Below are positions 43,073-52,621 of a stretch of DNA of 64,000 nt, in pieces. A program made the position numbers and the translations under genes. The DNA is from Calditrichia bacterium (lineage in GTDB: Bacteria > Calditrichota > Calditrichia > JAJRVZ01). Where the stretch lies: assembly GCA_963796965.1 (NCBI GenBank), contig CAWCNS010000004.1, forward strand, positions 480,001 to 544,000, read 5' to 3'. Every line of letters starts with the position of its first letter. Within the stretch, counting starts at the first letter, position 1. Below the pieces are notes generated by a model. That model made no database searches. It had not been told where the DNA came from and saw only the letters and a program-made list of their open reading frames with translations.

Positions 43073-45325
43073 TTGAAAAAGAGGATTACTCTTTACGCCA
43101 TATTCTGTAATGTCCTGATAATTCTCATTCTATCGGGGTGCAGCCCTGATGAAAGGACTGGTACAAATACGACTTATAAGGATGAACCATTTATACAGGA
43201 ATATCACCAGCCATTTTTTCCGGGTAATACTTCTGCAGAAAACACTATCAGATCTATTTATGTTGATAGTGCGTCCAATGTATGGGTTGCCACTGCGGGG
43301 GGCATCTTTCAGAAAATCGCAGGAGAGATTAGATGGCAGCCAATCATCCGGGGTGAATCCCGGGGACCAGCCTATGCGGTTGGTGCAGATAATCAAAATG
43401 TTATCTGGATGGGGACATGGGATGGAATTTACAGCTATCATATGGATCAATTGATAAAACATAAATCCATCCATTCACCTGTATCTAATATTTGTATGTC
43501 AACGGAGGGTGTTTATTGCCTTGGCCCGGATGGTGTTTGGTTGTATACAAATAAACAATGGATAAAAAAAGACTTTCCCATTGCCAGGTCTATCCGGGAC
43601 GCCATTTCCGATGGAAGTGGCGGATTGTGGATAGCAACCGACGCCGGTCTATATCATTGCTCAGATTCGGGATCCAGATTGTATCAGAATGAAGAAGAAT
43701 TGATTAGTTGTTATCTAAAAGGCTTGTCTTTTGATGACCAGGGAAAATTATGGGTAGGGGGTATGGGTGGTGTTACAGTGCGTAATGCCGAAAGGGCTCT
43801 CCATAAAATAAAACCCCAAAATGGTCTGTCCTCTGCTTTTGTTAACAGTGTTCGTAAGTCACCTGACGGCGTTATGTGGGTTGGCACGGATGTAGGTGTG
43901 GTACGTTTTTATAAAGATGGACAACATTCCCTGCGATTTAGCAAGCGCTGGCTTGTTAATGATAAGGTGAATGATGTGGCTTTTGATAAAGAAGGGAATG
44001 CCTGGATCGCGACTTCAGGTGGGGTCAGTGCAATGATAAGAAAAAAAATGACCCTGGCCTCAAAGGCAGACTATTTTTATGATGTTCTCATGAAGAGGCA
44101 TATACGCGAACCGTGGATTGCCGGGCAATGTCGGCTGACAACCCCTGGAGACACTTCTACCTGGGAACCGATGGATGATGACAATGACGGTGAATATACG
44201 GCTATCTATCTTTCCATGGAAAGTCTACGTTATGCGGTGACTAAAAAAGAGGAGGCCAGGGAAAATGCCGCGAAGGCTTTTGCTTTTCTGAAATATCTTG
44301 AGGAAGTCACGGATATCGACGGTTTTTTTGCCCGTTCGATTGTACCTGCCCACTGGACAGAGGTCAACGATATAAACCGATCCTATACAAGGAAGGAAAT
44401 TGCCGAAGAACTTGTCAAGGACCCTCGTTTCAAACCAGTGGAAACGCGCTGGCATCCTGCCAAAAATGATAAATGGTTGTGGAAAGGTGATACCAGCAGT
44501 GATGAGATGTGCGGACATATGATGGGTTATTTTTATTATTATGAGTTTGCCGCCGATGAAACGGAAAAAATGGAGATTAGTAACCATGTCCAAAAGATTG
44601 TTGATCATCTGATTGACAATAATTACAACTTGATTGATGTTGATGGTAAGCATACCCGCTGGGGGGTATGGTCTCCGGATAAACTCAACCGTGAACCGGA
44701 TTGGTCCTCTGAGAGAAGTCTAAATTCATTCGAGTTGTTAGCCTATCTTAAACTAGCCTATCATGTTTCAGGGAATGAAAAATATCAGAACGAATATCTT
44801 CGCCTTATCAGAGAAGAGAACTATCTTGATAATATTGCTCAACTTAATCACAAAAATCCGGCCTGGTTTATCTATTTCGATGTGAGTATGGCCGGGTACT
44901 TGTTTCCAATTCTGTTGAAATATGAGAACGATCCGGATATAAAAAAATTCTATGATGAATTAATCGATGAATGGTTTGAGAAACAGATCCGGGATGAAAG
45001 TGCTCTGAATAATTTTACTTATAATTTAGCAAGGGGTGAAAAACGAGAGATTAATGCTTCGGTACAATTCCTGATTGATACCCCTCTTGATCTTGTGGAT
45101 TGGCGTATTGATCATACGATTCGGGAAGATGTGCGGATTGTCAGGGAGCCCACATTAGAGGAATTTCAGACGGATAAGTTGGTTTCTCCCTCAATTCGAT
45201 CTACTGTGCGTTGGGATAAAAATCCCTGGGCGGCGGTACGTGGGCATCCGGGTATTGAGAGAGAACCGGTCTTTTGGCTTTTACCTTATTGGATGGGAAG
45301 GTATTTGGGGATAATTGTCGAGTAG
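43073..45325 (+). CDS. Lipoprotein, propeller plus uncharacterised helical domain (paralog 2 of 3)
   Basis: LSGC lipobox; colinear with 23686 (DEPFIQEYH, RHIREP, DDDNDGEYT, WKGDTSSDE, WLLPYWMGRY). Confidence 0.82.
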   Translation: MKKRITLYAIFCNVLIILILSGCSPDERTGTNTTYKDEPFIQEYHQPFFPGNTSAENTIRSIYVDSASNVWVATAGGIFQKIAGEIRWQPIIRGESRGPAYAVGADNQNVIWMGTWDGIYSYHMDQLIKHKSIHSPVSNICMSTEGVYCLGPDGVWLYTNKQWIKKDFPIARSIRDAISDGSGGLWIATDAGLYHCSDSGSRLYQNEEELISCYLKGLSFDDQGKLWVGGMGGVTVRNAERALHKIKPQNGLSSAFVNSVRKSPDGVMWVGTDVGVVRFYKDGQHSLRFSKRWLVNDKVNDVAFDKEGNAWIATSGGVSAMIRKKMTLASKADYFYDVLMKRHIREPWIAGQCRLTTPGDTSTWEPMDDDNDGEYTAIYLSMESLRYAVTKKEEARENAAKAFAFLKYLEEVTDIDGFFARSIVPAHWTEVNDINRSYTRKEIAEELVKDPRFKPVETRWHPAKNDKWLWKGDTSSDEMCGHMMGYFYYYEFAADETEKMEISNHVQKIVDHLIDNNYNLIDVDGKHTRWGVWSPDKLNREPDWSSERSLNSFELLAYLKLAYHVSGNEKYQNEYLRLIREENYLDNIAQLNHKNPAWFIYFDVSMAGYLFPILLKYENDPDIKKFYDELIDEWFEKQIRDESALNNFTYNLARGEKREINASVQFLIDTPLDLVDWRIDHTIREDVRIVREPTLEEFQTDKLVSPSIRSTVRWDKNPWAAVRGHPGIEREPVFWLLPYWMGRYLGIIVE

Positions 45326-45355
45326 TATTTTACTTTTGTAAAGTGTTAATCGAAT

Positions 45356-45492
45356 TCTCTCGCAGAGGCGTAAAGACGTAAAGAACGCAGATATAAAATA
45401 TATAAGACAAAAGCCAAAATATTAGTGTCAATTAATAGTCCTATTACATAAAGTTATTTTTAAAAAATTCTCTCTGCGTCTTAGCGTGGAAA
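45356..45492. repeat. Family C element
   Basis: TCTCTCGCAGAGGCGTAAAGACGTAAAGAACGCAGA ... CTCTCTGCGTCTTAGCGTGGAAA. Confidence 0.7.
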
Positions 45493-45558
45493 TAGATTCA
45501 CTGTAGCTGAACTTATCAAATGATCAATACCGAATGATATTACTGAAAGGAACTCAAA

Positions 45559-47047
45559 ATGAAAGCAAATTTACTATATAGGAAAGCAATCATTTCATTT
45601 TAAATGCCTCCTTTCGATATTGGGGATTATTTTGCTCATTTCCGGATGCTCTCAAAGGGCAATACCTCCCAATTTTGTGTTCATTATTGGTGATGATATT
45701 TCTGTCGATGATTTTGGCTGCTATGGCCATCCCACGATCCGCACACCAAATATTGATCGTCTGGCCTCTAATGGTTTGAAATTTACAAACGCCTATTTGA
45801 CGACGAGCCAATGCAGTCCAACACGATCAAGTATCATCACTGGTCGATATCCCCATAATACGGGTTCTCCTGAATTACATATGCCGTTACCTGAGGGGCA
45901 ACCTCTTTTTCCGCAAGAGTTGATAAAGTCTGGATATTATTGTGTCCAGGCTGGAAAATGGCATTTAGGCGATTCGGCTAAAAAAGGATTTAACAAGGTT
46001 TGGGATATGGATGGAGGTGGAACCAGGTGGAGAGGAACGTTGGATAGAAGTCCTTCAGACGCGTCCTAAGGATAAACCCTTTCTTCTTTCTGGCTGGCAT
46101 CAACGGATGCACACAGACCCTGGAGGCCAGATAATAATTTGTATAAACATACGCCCGAAGAGGCTGTTATACCTCCCTATCTGATTGATACACCAACCGG
46201 ACGGGTTGATATGGCTGGTTATTATGATGAGATTCATCGTTTGGATCATTATGTTGGTCTGGTTGTAGAGGAGTTAAAACAACAGGGCGTCTTAGAAAAC
46301 ACCTGTATCATATTTATGGCCGACAATGGTCGTCCCTTTCCCCGCTGTAAAACCCGATTGTATGATAGTGGAACAAAAACTCCGCTTATCATCCATTGGC
46401 CGGAAGGCTTAAAATATAAGAATGATGTTACGGAATCACTAGTGAGTGCCATAGATATTGCGCCAACCATATTGGAACTTGCCGGACTTGAACCCAACGA
46501 GCGAATTCAGGGGACTTCCATGGTCCCCATCTTAAAAAACCTGGATAAGAAAATCCGCGACTATGCTTTTGCAGAACATAACTGGCATGCCCAAATTGCT
46601 CATGAACGTATGGTCCGCTGGCAGGATTATGTCTATATCCGTAACGCTCATCCGCAATTACCCCAGGTTTGTACCCTGGAGGATCAATGTCCGGCTAAAG
46701 AGTTACGGGCGTTTCATGCAGCCGGCAAAACAACAACCGCCCAGGCCGATCCGATTATCTATCCCAGGGCTGCAGAAGAGTTCTTTGTGCTATCAAAGGA
46801 TCCACATCAGGTAGAAAATCAGGTAGAAAATCCTGATTATCTGGACAAATTAAATCACATGCGGAATATTTTGGATGAGTGGCAGGAGAAAACAGGCGAC
46901 ACAACGCCTTTATTAAAGGATGCAACGCCGGACCGGCATAATCGCGAGAGCGGGGAAAGATATTATGAAGGGAGTCGCCCGCCAACGGGTGAATTACCGG
47001 GAGAAGCGCGAGGGGCTGCTATGATTAATGATCCGGGGCCCAGGTAA
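45559..47047 (+). CDS. S1 sulfatase (sulfamidase/heparan N-sulfatase-like), probable lipoprotein; frameshifted
   Basis: AAGGA precedes ATG at 45559; ISGC; PNFVFIIGDD, CSPTR, GKWH, DAHRPW, ADNGRPFPRCKTRLYDSG, FAEHNWH. Indels near 45600 and 46020-46090. Confidence 0.88.
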
Positions 47048-47051
47048 AAAA

Positions 47052-47083
47052 ACGCTATGCGCATGGCGTGATGCGCATAGCGT
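47052..47083. terminator. Family F hairpin between convergent genes; probable bidirectional terminator
   Basis: ACGCTATGCGCAT-GGCGTG-ATGCGCATAGCGT, a perfect 13-bp stem preceded by an A-run that reads as a U-tract on the minus strand. Confidence 0.7.
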
Positions 47084-47113
47084 CAAATTGAGAAAATTAT
47101 ATACAGAATTTAA

Positions 47114-48436
47114 TCAGACCTTATCAGGAACTACAAAAGGTTCACGATACTTTCGGGTCAGCATCTTATCTGCCTCTGGATCACCAACGAATTTCTCAGT
47201 TTTAGGATCGAAGGTCAATTGACGTTCCAATCTGTATGCAATGTTACCAAGATGGGCAAGACCCGAAGACGTATGGGCTGTTTCCACTGGTCCGTTGAGA
47301 ATTGATTTATCATGGGCGCGAACCGCATCAATGAAATTTTGGAAGTGATCACCACCCTCACTTCGGGCCGGACCCTTTACATATTTCTCTCTACCGACAC
47401 TGATATAGGTTTCATAGGTGGAGTAGCCCTTGATCAGCATATATCCTTTTTCTCCATAAAATATATTTCCAACTTTGACACCATCTTCATAGTTTGTATT
47501 CCACGGTCTGACCTCAAACTCAATCATCTTTTTCTCTTTGGGGTATAAATAGGTTGAGGACAAGGTTTCAGGCGTCTCTTTGCAGTCATCCCATAAAAAT
47601 TTGCCACCCATGGCAGTAATTTTCTCTGGTAATCCTACGTCTAAACCCCATAAGCACATGTCAGTTTCATGAATTCCCTGGTTACCAACATCGCCATTGC
47701 CAAAATCCCAATGCCAATGCCAGTTATAATGAACCAGATTACGTGTAAACGGACGTTTTGCAGCAGGTCCTAACCACAAATCATAATCCAAGCCCTTCGG
47801 CACGGGTTCTGTACCCTTATCGCCAATATCGGCACGCCAGCGATACACCAAACCGCGGGCCATATAAACACGACCGATAATGTCATTACGCAGCAGGTGT
47901 ACGGCTTCCTGTAACGCTTTTGAACTCCTTAATTGTACGCCGTGTTGAACAATCCGGTCATATTTTGCAGCAGCCTCAACCATTTTTCGGCCTTCCCAAA
48001 TATTGTGAGAGCCAGGTTTCTCCACATAAACATCTTTCCCCGCCTGGCAGGCCCAGATAACAGATAAGGCATGCCATGAATTTGTGCTGGCTATACTGAC
48101 AACATCAATTTCCTTATCATCGAAAACTTTTCTGAGGTCCTGCTCAAGAACAACCTTCTTGTTGTACTTCACTTCAAATTCGGTGGCCCTTTTATCCAGA
48201 ACATTCTGATCCGGATCGCAGATGGTCACAACGTCTACATTCTCTAAATTCATAAGGCTTTCAATATGCCCTTTGCCGCGCCCATTGACGCCTAATACGG
48301 CCGCACGAATTTTGTCATTAGCACCAAAAACATTCTGCGGGATATATAAAGGCGCGACAACTGTTGCAGCGGCAAGAGCACCAGAGGCATTTTTTATAAA
48401 ATTCCGGCGGCTGAGGCTTGGTTTTTTTTCTTCCAT
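47114..48436 (-). CDS. Tat-exported Gfo/Idh/MocA family oxidoreductase; the only minus-strand gene
   Basis: GGAG precedes ATG at 48436; SRRNFIK; GVNGRG, DVYVEKP, QHGVQLRS, GNQGIHE. Confidence 0.93.
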   Translation of the reverse strand: MEEKKPSLSRRNFIKNASGALAAATVVAPLYIPQNVFGANDKIRAAVLGVNGRGKGHIESLMNLENVDVVTICDPDQNVLDKRATEFEVKYNKKVVLEQDLRKVFDDKEIDVVSIASTNSWHALSVIWACQAGKDVYVEKPGSHNIWEGRKMVEAAAKYDRIVQHGVQLRSSKALQEAVHLLRNDIIGRVYMARGLVYRWRADIGDKGTEPVPKGLDYDLWLGPAAKRPFTRNLVHYNWHWHWDFGNGDVGNQGIHETDMCLWGLDVGLPEKITAMGGKFLWDDCKETPETLSSTYLYPKEKKMIEFEVRPWNTNYEDGVKVGNIFYGEKGYMLIKGYSTYETYISVGREKYVKGPARSEGGDHFQNFIDAVRAHDKSILNGPVETAHTSSGLAHLGNIAYRLERQLTFDPKTEKFVGDPEADKMLTRKYREPFVVPDKV

Positions 48437-48608
48437 TTTGTATCTCCAGTATTTTATTAAATACAAATTTAGGTAACTTATTGAAACTATATAATAATGA
48501 TTAAATAATCAATTCATTAAATCATCTTTTGCATTTCTGATAAAATATTTATATTCTAATAAAGATATTTCCTGTCAATCATAGCACACCACTTTCTCTT
48601 GAGGAATC

Positions 48609-50090
48609 ATGACTCAATTCAAAATTAATCTGTATGTAATTCTACCTGTATTATTTCTGGGCTCGTTTTTAATTGCTCAGTCTATCGATTCGGATCAAAA
48701 TCAATCCGAAAAAAATGTAATAGATATCGGCAGCCGCCTGGAGCTCTTTGTTGACCAGGTCCTTATAGAAAAAATGAATAATGTCCATTTTCGATTACAT
48801 CAGCCGGTAGATATGGGACCGGTATTATATTTTGATAAACCATGGGAAGGTCCATTTTCTGCCTATTGTACGGTGATAAAAAAAGCTGACAAATATCAGA
48901 TGTACTATCGTGGATTATATTCTGCCGAACAGGAAGACCGCGAGGACGAAACGACCTGTTATGCAGAATCTGAGGATGGCATTGTCTGGAGCAAGCCCAA
49001 TCTGAAGATTTTTGAAAGAAATGGTACCCTGGAAACCAATATTATTCTCGCCCAGGCTTCCCCGGTTTCACATAATTTTAGTCCCTTCCTGGATACAAGA
49101 GAAAATATTGATCCACAACAAAAATATAAGGCCTTGGGAGGAAGCGCGAAAAGCGGATTAATTGCTTATGTCTCTGCTGATGGTATTCATTGGAAAAAAC
49201 TGCAGGAAGAGCCCGTCTTTCGCAAAGGAAAATTTGATTCACAGAACGTCGCTTTCTGGTCAGAAAGTGAACAAATATATATATGCTATTTCCGAACATG
49301 GACAAGCAAGGCCCATGGGGGATTCCGAACAGTTAGCCGGACGACATCCCCAGATTTTATAAATTGGACGGAACCTGTAGAAATGAATTATGGCGATACA
49401 CCTCCTGAGCATATTTATGTGAATCAGACGGCACCTTATTTCCGGGCCCCGCATATATATATTTCTATGGCTGCCCGTTTTATGCCCGGTCGGCAGGTAT
49501 TGAACGAAGAACAGGCAAAAAAAGTTGGCGTGAAGTCTGGATATTTTAAGGATTGTTCGGATGTGGTTCTAATGACCTCAAGGGGAGGCAATATTTATGA
49601 CCGGACATTTATGGAAGGATTTATCAATCCGGGATTAGGTCTGCAAAATTGGGTGTCCCGGGCGAACTATCCGGTATTGAATATAGTTCAAACCGGTCCG
49701 GCCGAAATGTCACTCTATGTCAACAAAGATTATGCACAACCTACAGCCCATTTAAACCGCTATGTCTTAAGGTTGGACGGTTTTGTATCAGTCAATGCTC
49801 CGTATGAAGGAGGTAAATTGCTCACAAAACCGTTTCGGTTTTGGGGAGAAAACCTGCTGTTAAATTTTGCCACTTCTGCGGCCGGTGCAATTAAGGTGGA
49901 GATATTAGATGAAAAGAATCAGCCCATCCCGGGATTTGCACTCGCAGAATCACAGGAAATCATTGGTAATGAAACCGAAAAAATAGTTTCCTGGAAAAAT
50001 GGCAGTAATGTGGGGTCATTATCCGGTAAAACAATCCGATTGCGGTTCGAAATGAAAGATGCCCAATTGTTTTCATTGCGGTTTAGATGA
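48609..50090 (+). CDS. Secreted beta-propeller glycosidase-like hypothetical protein
   Basis: Signal peptide; LELFVD, CYAESEDGIVW, SADGIHW, FDSQN, SPDFINW, LRLDGFVS. The fold call is an inference. Confidence 0.65.
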   Translation: MTQFKINLYVILPVLFLGSFLIAQSIDSDQNQSEKNVIDIGSRLELFVDQVLIEKMNNVHFRLHQPVDMGPVLYFDKPWEGPFSAYCTVIKKADKYQMYYRGLYSAEQEDREDETTCYAESEDGIVWSKPNLKIFERNGTLETNIILAQASPVSHNFSPFLDTRENIDPQQKYKALGGSAKSGLIAYVSADGIHWKKLQEEPVFRKGKFDSQNVAFWSESEQIYICYFRTWTSKAHGGFRTVSRTTSPDFINWTEPVEMNYGDTPPEHIYVNQTAPYFRAPHIYISMAARFMPGRQVLNEEQAKKVGVKSGYFKDCSDVVLMTSRGGNIYDRTFMEGFINPGLGLQNWVSRANYPVLNIVQTGPAEMSLYVNKDYAQPTAHLNRYVLRLDGFVSVNAPYEGGKLLTKPFRFWGENLLLNFATSAAGAIKVEILDEKNQPIPGFALAESQEIIGNETEKIVSWKNGSNVGSLSGKTIRLRFEMKDAQLFSLRFR

Positions 50091-50232
50091 TGGGATATTC
50101 TGGTCTTAGCTTGAGAAAATAGCGAACTATAAATGTGTTTCCCATCTGCATGGCAAGAGGAATTATTTATATAGAATCCTGACCTCTATTTAAAAAAAAC
50201 CAATAATCTAAATAAAGAATGATAAATCCATC

Positions 50233-52524
50233 ATGAATCCACGACTCAGCAAATTCGTATATTTTGTTATTTTTGTCGCCTTCTCTCTTTTATTGGCAAA
50301 TGCTAAAACTAATCCATCAAAAGATATTGTCTATCTGGAAAACAGCAAAATCCAACTGGGTTTTAATAAAACCACCGGCGTGTTGCTGGTATTTAAGGAT
50401 CTTGAATATTCATATGACTATATTGATGGCAGAGCGAGTTACGGCAGGCCATGGGAGATTTATTTCCAAAATATACAAGACAAAAAATCTGTAAAAATTG
50501 ATCATCCCACTTCATTTCAATTTTTTAGACCAGATCATGATACACTCGTTTTGGTTTGGAATGGATTTCCGGAAGCAACGAATAAAGAATTTCAAGTTGT
50601 TGCAACAATAAGCCTCGCTAAGGACAAGGCTCTTTCATCATGGAAGATTTCTCTACAGAATACAGAAGGCCAGGCAATTAGTAAAGTAATTTTTCCTAAA
50701 GTAGCTGGTCTTAAAGATATGGGGGAGGAGTACCTGGCTGTACCCATATGGATGGGTGAGTTGATTGACAATCCCAGGGAACATCTTTCCGGGATTAAAC
50801 GCAGAGAAAAAAAATATGAATGGTCTTATCCTGGCATTTTTTCAATGCAGTTTTTAGCCTTGTATAACAGGGAAAAATATGGATTTTACGCTTCCTGTAA
50901 TGATTCCCTTGCTTTTGGAAAAAGTTTTTCACTTACGCTCGATTCTCTCAATAATCTTACCTATAAGATCGTCAACTATCCCACGTTTGATCCTGCGATG
51001 AATTTATACACACCTCCTTATGAGGCAGTACTTGGTACTTTTAAGGGAGATTGGATTACAGCAGCCGAACAGTATCGGGAATGGGGATCTAAACAAAGAT
51101 GGAGTTCCGAAAGCAGATTTAAAAACAGGCTCTCTCCAAAATGGTTAGAAAAAACGGCATTGTGGATTTGGAACAGAAGCAAATCCTCAAATGTTCTTCT
51201 ACCAGCCACCGATTTAAAAGAAAGATTAAACCTTCCGGTGAATGTTTTTTGGCATTGGTGGCATGGATGCTCCTATGATGACGGATTCCCGGAATACTTT
51301 CCACCGCGGGAAGGCAAAGAGTCATTTATGCAGGCCTTGTCAACGGCACAGGAAAAGGGCATCAGGGCTATTGTATATATGAATGTGCTTCAGTGGGGGG
51401 ATGCAACAGAAAGTTGGAAAACAGAGAATGCTTCCGCCTATACAGTGAAGGATATTCAAGGTGAAATGAGATCGCATGTATATAATAAGTTTACGGGTAA
51501 ATCATTAACAAACATGTGTATCGCAACACAATTTTGGAGAGATAAATATGCCTCCTTGTCTGAAAAGGCAATAAATACGTATGGGATAAATGGTATCTAT
51601 ATGGATCAGACGTGTTTAAGCCGAATGTGTTACGACAAAAGTCATGGTCATCCCTTGGGTGGAGGGAATTACTGGATTAATAATTTTGCAAAGTTAGAGA
51701 ATCAGATTCGTTTAAAAACGTCTCCGAAAAACCAACCGGTTCTGGCCGGTGAAGGATGTGGTGAGGTCTGGCTTCCAAATCTTGATGTTTTTCTTGCCTT
51801 GCAGGTCAGTAAGGAACGATATGCAGGCACGGGAGGGGGAGAGCCGATCCCATTTTTTCAGGCAGTCTACCATCAATATGCGATAACTTATGGAAATTAT
51901 TCTTCCCTACTTATTCCCCCCTATGATGAATTGTGGCCAAAACAATATGCGCCCACGAATCCAAAAGAGCTTCTCAGCAAGGACTATAACAAACAGTTTT
52001 TAATGGAGCAGGCAAGATCATTTGTATGGGGTATGCAGCCTACAATTGCAAATTATCAGCCACTTTTGGCGACGGAAAGAAAAACTGAGATAGATTATTT
52101 ATTTAATATTGCAAAGATAAGATATCAGGGATTAAAATATTTATTATATGGCAAATTCTTACGCTCACCAGCCTTAGAAATTCCCAAAGAAGAATTGAAA
52201 ATTTCCAGATTATCCATATATGCGGGAAGATATGGAGAAAGTGTTACTACTTTTACAGGGAATTTTCCTTTGATATATTCGGGAACATGGAAATCCGATG
52301 ATCAGCAGATCGGAATTGCTCTGGCGAGTATTAGTGATGATCCTTTCCAGATTAGATTCAGCTTTGCCGCACCCGATTATGACCTTCCGGCTTCCGGCAA
52401 AATATATATTATTGATGAAAAAGGGAGGCGTTTTTTAACTACCTATTTAAATGACAAAATTGAAGTTAATTTTTTACTGCAATCCAGAGGTTTATGTCTG
52501 CTGGAAATAATTCCGGATATATAG
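50233..52524 (+). CDS. Secreted DUF6259-like putative TIM-barrel glycosidase
   Basis: Signal peptide; beta-sandwich N-domain; GDWITAAEQYREW, WWHGCSYDDGFPEYFP, NGIYMDQ, LAGEG, PFFQAVYH. Confidence 0.65.
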   Translation: MNPRLSKFVYFVIFVAFSLLLANAKTNPSKDIVYLENSKIQLGFNKTTGVLLVFKDLEYSYDYIDGRASYGRPWEIYFQNIQDKKSVKIDHPTSFQFFRPDHDTLVLVWNGFPEATNKEFQVVATISLAKDKALSSWKISLQNTEGQAISKVIFPKVAGLKDMGEEYLAVPIWMGELIDNPREHLSGIKRREKKYEWSYPGIFSMQFLALYNREKYGFYASCNDSLAFGKSFSLTLDSLNNLTYKIVNYPTFDPAMNLYTPPYEAVLGTFKGDWITAAEQYREWGSKQRWSSESRFKNRLSPKWLEKTALWIWNRSKSSNVLLPATDLKERLNLPVNVFWHWWHGCSYDDGFPEYFPPREGKESFMQALSTAQEKGIRAIVYMNVLQWGDATESWKTENASAYTVKDIQGEMRSHVYNKFTGKSLTNMCIATQFWRDKYASLSEKAINTYGINGIYMDQTCLSRMCYDKSHGHPLGGGNYWINNFAKLENQIRLKTSPKNQPVLAGEGCGEVWLPNLDVFLALQVSKERYAGTGGGEPIPFFQAVYHQYAITYGNYSSLLIPPYDELWPKQYAPTNPKELLSKDYNKQFLMEQARSFVWGMQPTIANYQPLLATERKTEIDYLFNIAKIRYQGLKYLLYGKFLRSPALEIPKEELKISRLSIYAGRYGESVTTFTGNFPLIYSGTWKSDDQQIGIALASISDDPFQIRFSFAAPDYDLPASGKIYIIDEKGRRFLTTYLNDKIEVNFLLQSRGLCLLEIIPDI

Positions 52525-52560
52525 TTATATGTGCCAACATAGTGCACTTGTGGCAAAATT

Positions 52561-52602
52561 CTTAACCGCAGGTACGCAAAGGACACGCAAAGAACGCAAG
52601 GA
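52561..52602. repeat. Family C half element
   Basis: CTTAACCGCAGGTACGCAAAGGACACGCAAAGAACGCAAGGA; no right arm is visible. Confidence 0.65.
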
Positions 52603-52621
52603 TACATAAGGAGTATATCAA

